Source: Vicugna vicugna (Eukaryota). From it: a stretch of 64,000 nt of DNA. Below the pieces are notes generated by a model. The model made no database searches. It was not told where the DNA came from and saw nothing but the letters and a program-made list of their open reading frames with translations. The stretch lies in assembly GCA_013265495.1 (NCBI GenBank), contig MU058718.1:2441779-2505778 (forward strand), in the 5' to 3' direction. This document shows, piece after piece, positions 11,937 through 22,480 of the stretch. Made by a program: the position numbers and the translations under genes. Within the stretch, counting starts at the first letter, position 1. Every line of letters begins with the position of its first letter.

Positions 11937-12798
11937 CAGTCATTCTCAACCTTGGCTACACTTTATTTTTTTAATTGAAGTATAACTGATTTACAATATT
12001 ATGTTAGTTTCAGGTCTATGGAAAAGTGATTCAGTTATATATATATATTTTTAAACATTTTTTATTGATTTATAATCATTTTACAATGTTGTGTCAAATT
12101 CTGGTGTAGAGCACAATTTTTCAGTTATACATGAACATATATATATTCATTGTCACATTTTTTTTCTCTGTGAGCTACCATGAGATCTTGTATATATTTC
12201 CCTGTGCTATACAGTATAATCTTGTTTATCTATTCTACAATTTTGAAATCCCAGTCTATCTCTTCCCACCCCCTGCCCCCTTGGCAACCACAAGTTTGTA
12301 TTCTATGTCTGTGAGTCTATTTCTGTTTTGTACTTATGCTTTGTTTGCTTTTGTTTTTGTTTTGTTTTGTTTTAGATTCCACATATGAGTGATCTCATAT
12401 GGTATTTTTCCTTCTCTCTCTGGCTTATATATATATATATATAATTTCAGATTATTTTCCATTATAAGTTATTATAAGATATTGACTATTTCCCCCTATG
12501 TTATACAGTAAATCTCTCTTGCTTATCTATTTTATACATAGTAATATGTATTTGTTAATCCCATACTACTAATTTATCCCTCCCCCTACTTTCCTCTTTG
12601 GTAACCATAAGTTTGTTTTCTATGTCTTTGAGTCTGTTTCTATTTTGTATATAGATTCATTTGTATTATTTTTTAGATTCCAAATATAAGTGATATACAT
12701 TTGTCTTTCTGTCTGATTTACTTCATGCTGTATATTTTCTAGTTGCTGCAAAAGGCAATATTTCATTCTTTTTTTTAATGGCTGAGTAATATCCCGTT

Positions 12799-12832
<34 letters not shown>

Positions 12833-13038
12833 TTATAGGCATCTTCTTATCCAATCATCTGTTAATGGACACTTTGGTTGCCTCCATGTCTCGGCTATTG
12901 TATGTAGCTTGGCTGCACTTCAGAATCACTTAGCTTGAAACCTTTCTGATGCTTCAATACCTCCAACCAATTACGTCAGACTCTCAGGGAGTGCCCTCCA
13001 GGCTTCATTACACTATGCTGTTAAGGTGAGAACCACTG
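11937..13038. mobile_element. MER5-like hAT fossil split by a minus-strand L1 3' end (11964-12907), itself split by a younger L1 3' end (~12048-12425)
   Basis: cagtcattctcaacc...tgagaaccactg TIRs. Outer L1 TSD cttggctacactt (11951-11963) / cttggctgcactt (12908-12920). The inner L1 is flanked by duplicated (TA)n. Confidence 0.8.
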
Positions 13039-13871
13039 GCCTAGAATGTTCAGCGTAGTGCTGTGGCTTGCTCTGTATGGCTCTGTCAGTGGTGTCAATG
13101 TTTTTATTCTTACCAACAGCACCAGAGAAGTTTTCCTTCTTTCTCTCCTGTTTTTCAGCTAAGGGAAATGAGACTCAAGTTAAGAACTTCTTCAGTTTCA
13201 CATAACTAGTAGGTGATGAGGATAGAATGGCATCCAGGTCTTTTGGATTCCCCAAGCCTGTTTTGGTGAAAGAGGAGAGCACAGAAGACAAGAGGGTGAG
13301 AGAGAAAGGAAGGACCCTGCGATTTTATGTAATTGCTCAGAAGTCAGGAGGCAGAACTGCCTCAGGGTCAGACAGCATGTCAGTTGCCTGCATTTCTGCT
13401 GGCCGCAAATGTCATCTGGCTAAGTCTGCACAAATGTCATATCAGTATCTGCTCAGTAAAGTTTGAAGGTGGTTTTAGTAAAGTCTTCATTTGGTCTGAT
13501 TCTAATTTCTGCTTTTTAGGGTCCCCTAGTCTTTTATCCCACCAGAAGTTTGATTTTGATATTTTTTGCTGCCAAAGCGAGTGATCAAATCCTCCAGAGA
13601 TTCTGGGGAGTGTGTGTGTCTTGGCGAACCTCGGTTGACCTTCTGTGTCCAAGTATAAATTGAAATCAGGATTTCTGTATGTTCGGGACGTAGAGAAAAC
13701 GTATTCTCAGTTATAGCTTGGCTATAGTTTAAACCCAGAATGAATTTTTGAAAATGCTTTTGGGTGATGATCTGGGAGTAAATAAATGGTGGAATAATAA
13801 CATTTTGTTAACCCAATTATTGGCTGATTACTGAGATATTCTAGCAGTTTGCTTGTGAGTCTAAGGGATGC

Positions 13872-14300
13872 TGTTGGCAGGTGTGGCTGGACTGTGCCCT
13901 GTAAAGCAGACCCTGAGATGGAGATTAGCGTGTAGGATATTTATTTGGGAGATTAACACCTGTGAAAGGGAAGGAACAGAAACAGGATTTGAGCAGAGGG
14001 AGAAGTCGGGCAGGGATACAGTTTCAATAAAAGTCCTGAACCAACCTGACTAGAAGCTCAGAAGCTGCAAGAAGCCCTCAGAACTGCCCTGGGTTGAGGG
14101 TGAGGGCCTTATCACCGTGGGTGGGCTAGGCACTAGGGGTCCAGGGAAGGGCACAAGGCCTTGGGTGCAGCAACTCTCTTGAGATAAGGCAACGCCTGGA
14201 GGGGGCTGACAACTAAGGGATCTGATTGGTGCATCGCAGCATCTAAGACCAGGACAGTGCTGGTGGGCATCTCGGCTGAGACCCAGAGGCAGTGGGCCCT
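13872..14300 (-). mobile_element. ERVL solo LTR, LTR16-like
   Basis: aagcagaccctgagatggagattagcgtgtaggatatttatttgggag...aacacctgtgaaaggg...gagcagagggagaagtcggg matches the recalled LTR16 reverse strand; tttatt is the poly(A) signal on the minus strand. Confidence 0.65.
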
Positions 14301-15845
14301 TAAGCTCCACCTGCCCTTGCCTCAGGTTAAAGGAGCCTCCCTCAGCCCCTTTCTGGTGACCCCAGGCAAGTTAGGCCAATGCCTAGGTCACAGCTGTCCA
14401 ATGCTATTTTTTGATTGATACCTTTTTTGATCTCTCTTTCCGTAACATAGTCTTGGGTTTTTATTTCACCTCCCTGAACCCTCACCAGTCTTCTTCAGAT
14501 TCTTCCCGGAAGTTCCTCACCCTCATCCCCAAACCTAAGAAACACACTCTCAGTCTCCCTCAAAGCCTCATTGCATTTACTGTATTGTATTGTGTGGTGT
14601 AAGACATGCAGGGGCTGGGTCTTAATTCATCTTTGTCCCCCACATCCCAGCACACACAGCTAGCCATACAACAGGCTCTCAATAAATATATACTAAATAA
14701 ATGAATAACCATGGTACCTTCTACTATTTTTCCTTGGCCCAAAATACTCTATCTTGAGTCTTAAACAATTTTGATCTTTTATGCTAAGAAGCTAAGATAT
14801 TGTTCTGTATTCATCAACCAGGCAGAAAGCCCAGGTCAAATAAATTTAAGTTGTATGCAAATGTAAGTCTGGGTCTCAAAACTATTTCGTATACCTGGAT
14901 GTGACTCTGGAGGAAGACCTAAAGGAAATAATTGAGACTGGCTTTTGAAATCACTTATTCCTCTGTATCTGTGCTAATTTCTAGGAAAGATGAGTTACTG
15001 AAAATAACACACATTCTTAGCAGGAAAGCTTCGAGAACAAACAACTGGAAAAGTTGGAAGCTTCCAACTTTAAGAATGAATTATTATTATAACTGTTAAT
15101 AAGGTTGGAGAGAGAGGAGGAGAAATTATCTGGTTCTAATGTTTCTGTGATCACTTTGAATTTAAATACAGATAAATGTCTTCCTATTAGAGAATAATGC
15201 CAGCTGATGAAGGGTAATTTATAGGCAGGCCACTTTTAACCGGGGTGTTAAGAATAGACAGTAAATGTCATCTAAGGCAGTAACTGTGGTAAGTAAACGC
15301 TGGGGAGGACTTTGATTTATAGTCTACAGAGAGAATGAAACTGACATGAGAGTCGTTAATCTGAGCAGTGAGACACTGTGATCTCCATGTGTCTTATAAC
15401 CCTCCTCTGTACTTTTTTTATAGTTGGCAAAAAGCGTTATTGTGGACAACAACCAACATGACTCACATTTTACAATTTTGGCTGTCTTTGGGGATTTGAA
15501 ATACAGCTTATCTCATCTCTTTCTTTATCTCAGTATTTTTCAGCCTTCACTTTTTGCAGCTCTGAAGGCCCACAAGTCTAACTGTGATTAGAAACGATTC
15601 TTACTATGGCAGAGGACAAATGAATTCATGGCTTATGTCAACAACAATAAGAGAAAAAGTATTAAGAGTAATAAACTTGTTATGGCAGAGAGTGAAAGAA
15701 GAAATGCTGATCTTTGGCTTAACGGACTGAGCCAGTAAGATTTTCTGCCCTAGAGCACACCCAGTCAGGGAGCAGTGACTACAGTCTGTTCTAACTATGC
15801 CTGATGATTTGGTGGGGCCAGAACTCGTTACTGAATGGCTTAACT

Positions 15846-16205
15846 GTGGGCCAGAGACTGGCTACTTGCCCACTGAATCCATTTCCTCCTCTTGGGCCAT
15901 CACATATACTACATTTTCCTGCCTCCCCTGCACTTACGTCTTATCATATAGCTGAGATCTAGCCTCCCGCATGCTGTCCTCTATCCCCTTTCTCCATCTA
16001 CTAGCTGACTGCAGAGGACTTTGAGGTCCTAAAAAAGGATGAGTCGATATATGGAAGGGACCTGGGTCCCAGAATGACCATGTTGGAGGTTTTCTGCTGG
16101 CTAGAAACATACGTTTTGGGTATTATGTGAGCAAGAAAGTACTGTTGTCTAATCTGATGAGAATTTGGAATTCATCTTTTACAGCAGCTGACATTAACCT
16201 AATGA
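15846..16205 (+). mobile_element. ERVL-MaLR solo LTR (MLT1I/J-like)
   Basis: tactacattttcctgcctcccctgca...ggaagggacctgggtcccagaatgaccatgttggag...tgtgagcaagaaa...ttacagcagct. Confidence 0.65.
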
Positions 16206-17548
16206 ATGAATACAAGCATGTAAGCTTACATTTCCAAAGGTCATCTCTGCTGCAAGAGACGCTGGTAAGTTTTGGCCTTTAGTTGGACACATTATCACTT
16301 GGAATAAAATTAGAGTTTTGTTGGTGAAATAAAGGGGAGAAGGGGGTATTTTGGTGGTCCATCAGCAGTCTCCGCCATAGTATGTAATAGATATTGCAGA
16401 GTGAGCAAAGGAAAATGAAGACTGAGAAGAGATCATTGAATTTGGCAAGCAGGAAGTCACTGATGACCTTCAAGAGCCTGGAGTAAAGTGATTATCACAT
16501 TGTAGAGGATGAAGGAGTGCATGGGCTGTGAGTCATTGGAGCCAGTGATTCGTTTTGACTGTGAAAGGGAAGAAAGAAATTAAAAGCTTGAGAGGCAGAG
16601 GGGAAAAGAAAATCTTTCTCAGACGGGGGAAATTGTTCCTGTTTTGAGTACTGACAAAGGAGAGAGTAAAGATGCTGGAGAAGAGGAGATGATTGAGGAA
16701 GGAAGACTCAGAGATAGTGGGATGGGACATGGTGGTAGAGAGGTGAGCCACAGAAAGATAAAGCACTTCTCCCATGACGGGAGTTAAGAATCTGAAGGCG
16801 GTGTATATAGAGACAAAGATATTTTGAGGTGAAAACTGGAGGACGTGATAGAGCTGACCCTGAAGAACCTCATTCATTCATTCACCAAGTATCACTGGAG
16901 CTCAAGCTGTGAACATAAAAGATATGATCCCTGCCTATATGGAATGGGGAGGGATGATTATTGAACTAAAAATTACAATTAAGCAAAGAGAGTGAAGTAA
17001 GGAGTTTGTATTGAGTGTGAGAAATGTCAGGGGTATGAGGAATTTGGAGGAGAATGGATGAGCCAATGTGGGGAAGGCCCTAAGGCACCACTGGGAGGTG
17101 ATGGGATGGTGATGGTGGTGATGGTGGTTGACAGACAGCACAGCTGAAGTTCGCATGACTTCCTCGTGATCCCGTAGCACAGTTCTTTACTTTCTCAGCT
17201 GCCACCCTCTATGACCCCAAGGCTGGAAAGGAGAGAACGCATTTGGGTCAGTCCAGGGGGTATTCTACCTCTAATGTCAAATGTAATTTCAGAATAATGG
17301 TCCAAGAAAGTGAAAATTATATACAATAACCTGTTTAAAAGCCATTAGTTTTATTATTTTTGTATATGTTAGTTAAAAAGGAAGAAACTAGTAGGGGTAA
17401 ATTACACTTTAGTATTTCATGAACATTAATTTTTATCATGCATGAGTTAATTTGAGCCCAAATTGAATGTACAGCAAAGAATTCTTAGCTTCTCGAAAAC
17501 TTGGTTTGGAAAAAGTTAATGGTTTTAAACTGAACTCCCCCTAATTAC

Positions 17549-17952
17549 TGTGGTAGCGACAAACTGCTCACTAAGTCAGTTTCCTCTTTTCCCTGGACAC
17601 ACAGCTAATGACATTTCCCAGACTCCCTTAAATTTGGATGTGGCTGGTGGCTGAGCTCTGGCCCCTGGAACGTAGGAAGTGATGTGTGCCGCTTGCAGAC
17701 TCAGCCTATGAAAACCTAGCCATCCGTGATCCTCCAGTTACTCTCTTCTTTTGCCTGCTGGCTGAATGCAGAGCATCCAGTGGAGCACTCTGAGGCCCAG
17801 GGGTTAAAGGAGTCAGGGTCCCTGAGTGCCACGTGGAAGGCTGCCCACTAAAAACCCAACTGAACTCTACATGAGTGCAAAGTACACTCCTGTGTCAGGC
17901 CTCTAAGATTCTGAGGCTTGTTGGTGATGGCACCTAACTTCCTCTAACTAAT
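17549..17952 (+). mobile_element. ERVL-MaLR solo LTR (MLT1I/J-like)
   Basis: tgtggtagc...acatttcccagactccctt...ggaagtgatgtgtgccgctt...agggtccctgagtgccacgtggaaggctgccc...ctaactaata. Confidence 0.65.
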
Positions 17953-18016
17953 AAAATTATTACTCAGATGGGATGTTGGATTACTTAATAATAATGCAGT
18001 TCTCTAGTCTGAAGTA

Positions 18017-18334
18017 CAGTCACCCCTAGCTGCTCAGGGGGGATTGGTTCCAGGATCCCCACGGATACCAAAATTTGCAGTTGTTGAAGTCCCTTATAAA
18101 ATGGTGCAGTATCTGCATATGACCTATCCATGTCCTCCTGTATACTTTAAATCATCTCTAGATTTCTTCTACTACCTGATATAATGTAAATACTATGTAA
18201 ATAGTTGTTTGAGGATGGCAAATTCAAGTTTTGCTTTTTAGAACTTCTTTAAAAGATTTGCTTTTTCCAAATACTTTTGTTCATAGTTGGTTGAATTCAC
18301 AGATGGGCAACCTGCAGAAACAAAGAGCCAACCG
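18017..18334. mobile_element. MER2-like TcMar-Tigger fossil
   Basis: TA|cagtcaccccta...ggggattggttccaggatccccacggataccaaaat...agagccaaccg|TA; TA target dinucleotides on both sides. Confidence 0.8.
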
Positions 18335-18416
18335 TATAGCAAGCCCTCTCCAACCTCAAATTTCTTTACACAAAATTTTAGTACACTTTACTTAGTACCT
18401 TTCCTAAAATTATGAA

Positions 18417-18732
18417 ACTTTTGGATAATGTACATGTGGGTTTCAAGTCACTAATATTGAAGATGAATGGAAAAGTTGCCAAGAATAAAGGGAGGTGAAG
18501 TATTTGGCAGAGCATGGGAAGAGGCCTTTGGAATGCAGCCATGGGAAAGGAAAAGAAACTCAAGCAAAGCCCTCCTGGGTCTTGCACCTGCATTCCCCAC
18601 ACCACAGGTGGGGGGCAGCTGAGCTGTTTGAGCAGTGGTGCGCTGATGTATGCTGCAGGGAAGTTTTCAGTGGAGTGCCAAGTTTTCTAAATCCTAGGAA
18701 CAGGGAAAGAGGTTAGAGAAATATCCCTGGGT
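18417..18732 (+). repeat. Inverted repeat arm A (partner 21187-21510)
   Basis: Core 18487-18697 is the reverse complement of 21222-21430 with ~7 differences by eye; the edges are clearly homologous but more diverged. Confidence 0.95.
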
Positions 18733-18740
18733 GCCAAGCT

Positions 18741-19331
18741 GGAATTCTATACCCAGTGAAAATATGCCTCAAATCAGAAACAAAACAAAGACATTTCTCA
18801 GCAAAGAAAAGTTAAGAGAATTCATCACCAGGCAGTTCACTCTAAAAGGAGTAGTAAAGAGAATTCTTCAGGCATAAGGGAAACGATCACAAACAGAAAA
18901 ACAGAAATGCAGGAAAGAAAGAGTAAACATGTGGCTAAATCTAAACAAATCCATACTGTACAAACAATAGTAGTAGTGCTTTGTTTAGTTTAAATATATA
19001 GAGAATTAAATGCATGCCAACAGTAGCACAAAAGATATGGGGAATAAATGGAGTTGAAATGTTTTAAGGTTTTAGCATTATCTAGGAAGTGGTAAAAGTA
19101 TTAATACACAGTATACAGTAATAAGTCAATAATGCAGATCATAATCTCTAGAGTAATAGCTAAATAATAGTAAAAGAATATATAATTAATAAAGAAGAAA
19201 CTGTGATTCATAAAATATTCATCTAATTCAAGGAAAAGAAGAATGAATATAAAATATAAAAAACAAGTAGTGAGATGGTAGATACAAGTTAAGATATATC
19301 ATCTATAGTATTAAATGTAAGTGAACTAAAG
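18741..19331 (+). mobile_element. Old L1M fragment: ORF1 C-terminus through start of ORF2
   Basis: GILYPVKI (18741-18764) and LREFITR (from 18812) match the L1 ORF1 C-terminal motifs RILYPAKL and LREFIT; LNVSELK at ~19312 resembles ORF2 LNVNGLN. Confidence 0.8.
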
Positions 19332-19359
19332 TCTTTACAGACTTTTAATTTCAAAAAAA

Positions 19360-20444
19360 TTAGGCTGCCTCTCACTGGATAGAAGCCCATAGTATATACA
19401 GTGAAATTAAAAATCAGGAATTTATATATGCATCATTTACAATGAGGTTAAAAATAAAATATTTTTTGTTAGCCACAGATAAACCAGACATCTCTTCTGC
19501 CCCTTGTTTTTCCAAATGAGATCTCCCATGTTTTGAAACATTAACTAGCAGTGAGGAGATAAGAGTGAATGGGAGGAAACTAAACCGAAAGAGGAAAGGA
19601 CTTACATACAACTCTTTAAAAAATTGACTTCTAGAGGTTTTCTGAAAGGCTGGTGCTTAAATATTTGAATAAAAACCAGATAACTAACATTGTCACGATA
19701 TTGAAAAAAAGAAATTAGAAATTAGCACATCAATTCACATCAATCAAATGAACATTAGTAAGGCTTTTGAGTGTATGTTCTGAGACTCATGGCTAGACAG
19801 AGACCATTTGGGGGCAATCTTTACCATTATTTTCTCAATCTTGGACTCCTATATACATACCCAAAGATTAAGTTCTGTAAGAGCTTTTAATTGTACACTT
19901 TTATTTAAATACATATATACACACATATATATACGTGTATATATGTATATTCTGGCTAGTCAATGTATATATATTCTGAATATATATATATTCTGGCTAG
20001 TCAATGTGACCTGCTACTGTTCCCATAAGTTTCTGTTCATAATTACTTTGGTGTCAAGGCCTTATTATATCATGGCATAGTATGAGAAGAAATGTTTCAG
20101 ACTTGTTCCAACACAGAAAAGCTGTAGAAGAATTGCTTTACCACATGGCATATAGTGATACAGACTCACAGAGCCCAATAGAACTTCAAGGCAATTGTCA
20201 ATTCCATGTCTGTATTTTGAGTAGATATTTTTTGTAGATCTTGCATACTAACTTCACCAAGTCCATCAGCAGTAAATGTAGCAGTGAAATCCCAATGAAG
20301 ATTTCTTTGTTAAGTTTGTACTTTGGGGTACACAAAAAAGGGAGCCATCACAATAATAGATTCATAGCTTAAAATGAGTTCATTGTAAAAAGGAAAAATA
20401 ACAAAACATAATGATGATAATAATTCATCACCTTCAAAACCGAG
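19360..20444 (-). pseudogene. Highly decayed olfactory-receptor-like relic (TM1-TM6)
   Basis: Ordered OR-like motifs in shifting frames: LGFEGDELLSSLCFVIF...FVYPKVQT (20444-20313), LLHLLLMDL (20284-20258), QFFYSF, SETFLL (20101-20084), VIMNRN (20046-20029), ISNFFF, LYVSP...LPFTLI (~19570), GRRDVWFICG (~19500). Many indels and stops. Confidence 0.5.
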
Positions 20445-21186
20445 TTGTAGAGAGCTATAGCAGGGCTCCCTTCTCTGTGGTCAAATGAGATCTTGGAGAC
20501 AATGGTAAAAGCATCCCAAGTGAGCACACACAAGCATTCATGCCTAAGGGATCTTGACTCAAGGGAATCCTTGATGCTCTAGGGAAGGTCAGCCTCATTT
20601 GGCAGGAGCATGCCCAGACTCTTTGGGTCCTTAGGAAATGAAGAAGGGTGAGACCTTGCTAACCCTGAGAGATCAAGAAAACCAAGAAACAGAAATGTTC
20701 CCTTCTGGAAGCTGCCTGCTGTAAAACAGCAGCAAACTGTTTAAGGCATGTGGGAAAACAGTCTCTATGAGCAGTTACAAGACAAATAACAATAAACCTA
20801 AAGAGCTAAGCTTTAATGGAGAGGAAGAACAACTAAACCAGGCACCAGGCTCTAACATAGGAGAGCCACAGATGAGGGATGGTGATAATTTGAACAGCAA
20901 CCGCAAAAAAATAATAAAAATATCAGCACTTAAGGAGATTCAAGTATAGCTCAAAAAAGATTTTCTGAAATTAAAAGCATGAATGTCAAGCACTGCTTAG
21001 TAGATGAACTAAAGGAAAAGTTGATTGCTTTTGAGACAGAGATGCTTGCTTTGACTGTCTGGTTGCTTATTGAAGAGTTCAGTTCCTTTGGGTGTTATGG
21101 TTGGAATTGTTCATAGCTTCTTCCCGGACCCCATAATGCCTAAGAGATTTGCTTCTGGACCCTTTATTTAATGATTCTCTGTGTCT

Positions 21187-21510
21187 ACCCAGGTATACTT
21201 TTCAAACTTCCTTCCTTGTTTCTAGGATTTAGAAAACTTGGCACTCCACTGAAAACTTCCCTGCAGCATACATCAGCGCACCGCTGCTCAGGGCTCAGCT
21301 GTCCCCCCACTGTGGTGTGGGGAACGCAGGTGCAAGACCCAGGAGGGCTTTGCTTGAGTTTCTTTTCCTTTCCCATGGCTGCATTCCAAAGGCCTCTTCC
21401 CATGCTCTGCCAAATTCTTCACCTCCCTTTTCACTTCACAACTTTTCCATTAACATTAATAGTCCTTAATATTAGTAACTTGCAACCTACGTATATGTGA
21501 TCCAAAATTT
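21187..21510 (-). repeat. Inverted repeat arm B (partner 18417-18732)
   Basis: ctaggatttagaaaacttggcactccactgaaaacttccctgcagcatacatcagcgcacc... is the reverse complement of arm A. Confidence 0.95.
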
Positions 21511-22480
21511 TAGAGCTCTAGAACTTATGCCTGTTTTCTTTTTAATATATTCTGGTCCTCTTTTGAAGTTCTCTAGCCTATCGTGTATTCTGTTGAACAT
21601 TTTAATCACAGTTACTTTAAAGTCCAGGGCACATCATTCTAATGTCTGAGTCACCTGTAGCTATATTTCTATTGTCTGCTTTTGCTCTTGGTCCTGCTTG
21701 ATAATTAAATCAATTTTTAAAAAATTGAAATATAGTTGGATTACAATTTTGTCTTAATTTCTGGTGTATAGCATAGCGTTTCAATTATATATATATGTAT
21801 ATTCCTTTTCATATTCTTTTTCATTATAGGTTATTACAAGATATTGACTATAGTTCCCTATGCTATACATTAGGACCTTGTTGTTTATCTATTGTATATA
21901 GTAGTTAGTATCTGCAAATCCTTCCACCTCCTTCTCCTCTCCAGTAAACGTAAGTTTGTTTTCTATGTCTGTGAGTCTGTTTCTGTTTTGTAAATAAGTT
22001 AGTGTCATTGTTTTAGATTCCACATATGAGTGATATCATATGGTATTCTTTCTCTTTCTGGCTTATTTCACTTAGTATGACAATCTCCAGGTCCATTCAT
22101 GTTGCTGCAAATGGCATTATTTTATTCTTTTTAATGGCTGAATAGTATTCCATTGTAGAAGATATCACAACTTCTTTATCCAGTCATCTGTTGATGGACA
22201 TTTAGGTTGTTTTCATGTCTTGGCTATTGTATGTAGTGCTACTATGAACACTGGGGTATATGTATCTTTTCAAACTGCCTGATGATTTTTGATTAAATAC
22301 TGGATATTGCATAAAAATACTACACAGGTTTTAATGACATTACCTTTCTCCAGTGAGGGTCCATCTATCTTTTAGAGTATAACTAGATTGACAGCAAATT
22401 ACCTTAATCCATTCAGAGACTGAGCTGACTTGAAGCTGGGTTGCAGTCTTTTTGAAGCAGCCTTGGCTGAACGAGAGCGA
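21511..22480 (-). mobile_element. Old L1M 5' region and ORF1 N-terminus, interrupted by a younger minus-strand L1 3' end (~21715-22275)
   Basis: Minus-strand DFKVTVIKMFNRIHDRLENFKRGPEYIKKK from 21624 resembles the L1M ORF1 N-terminal coiled coil. The insert carries the L1 3'-UTR signature attgaaatatagttggattacaat. Confidence 0.7.

Noticed and set aside
16935..17180. 81-aa ORF with a poly-His run
   Set aside because: His run derives from a (GAT/GGT)n simple repeat at ~17100-17127; GTG start and no other coding signal.
18417..21510. Inverted arms read as TIRs of a DNA transposon
   Set aside because: Identity is lowest at the outer ends, there is no TSD or transposase remnant, and the spacer holds L1 and OR-like host sequence.
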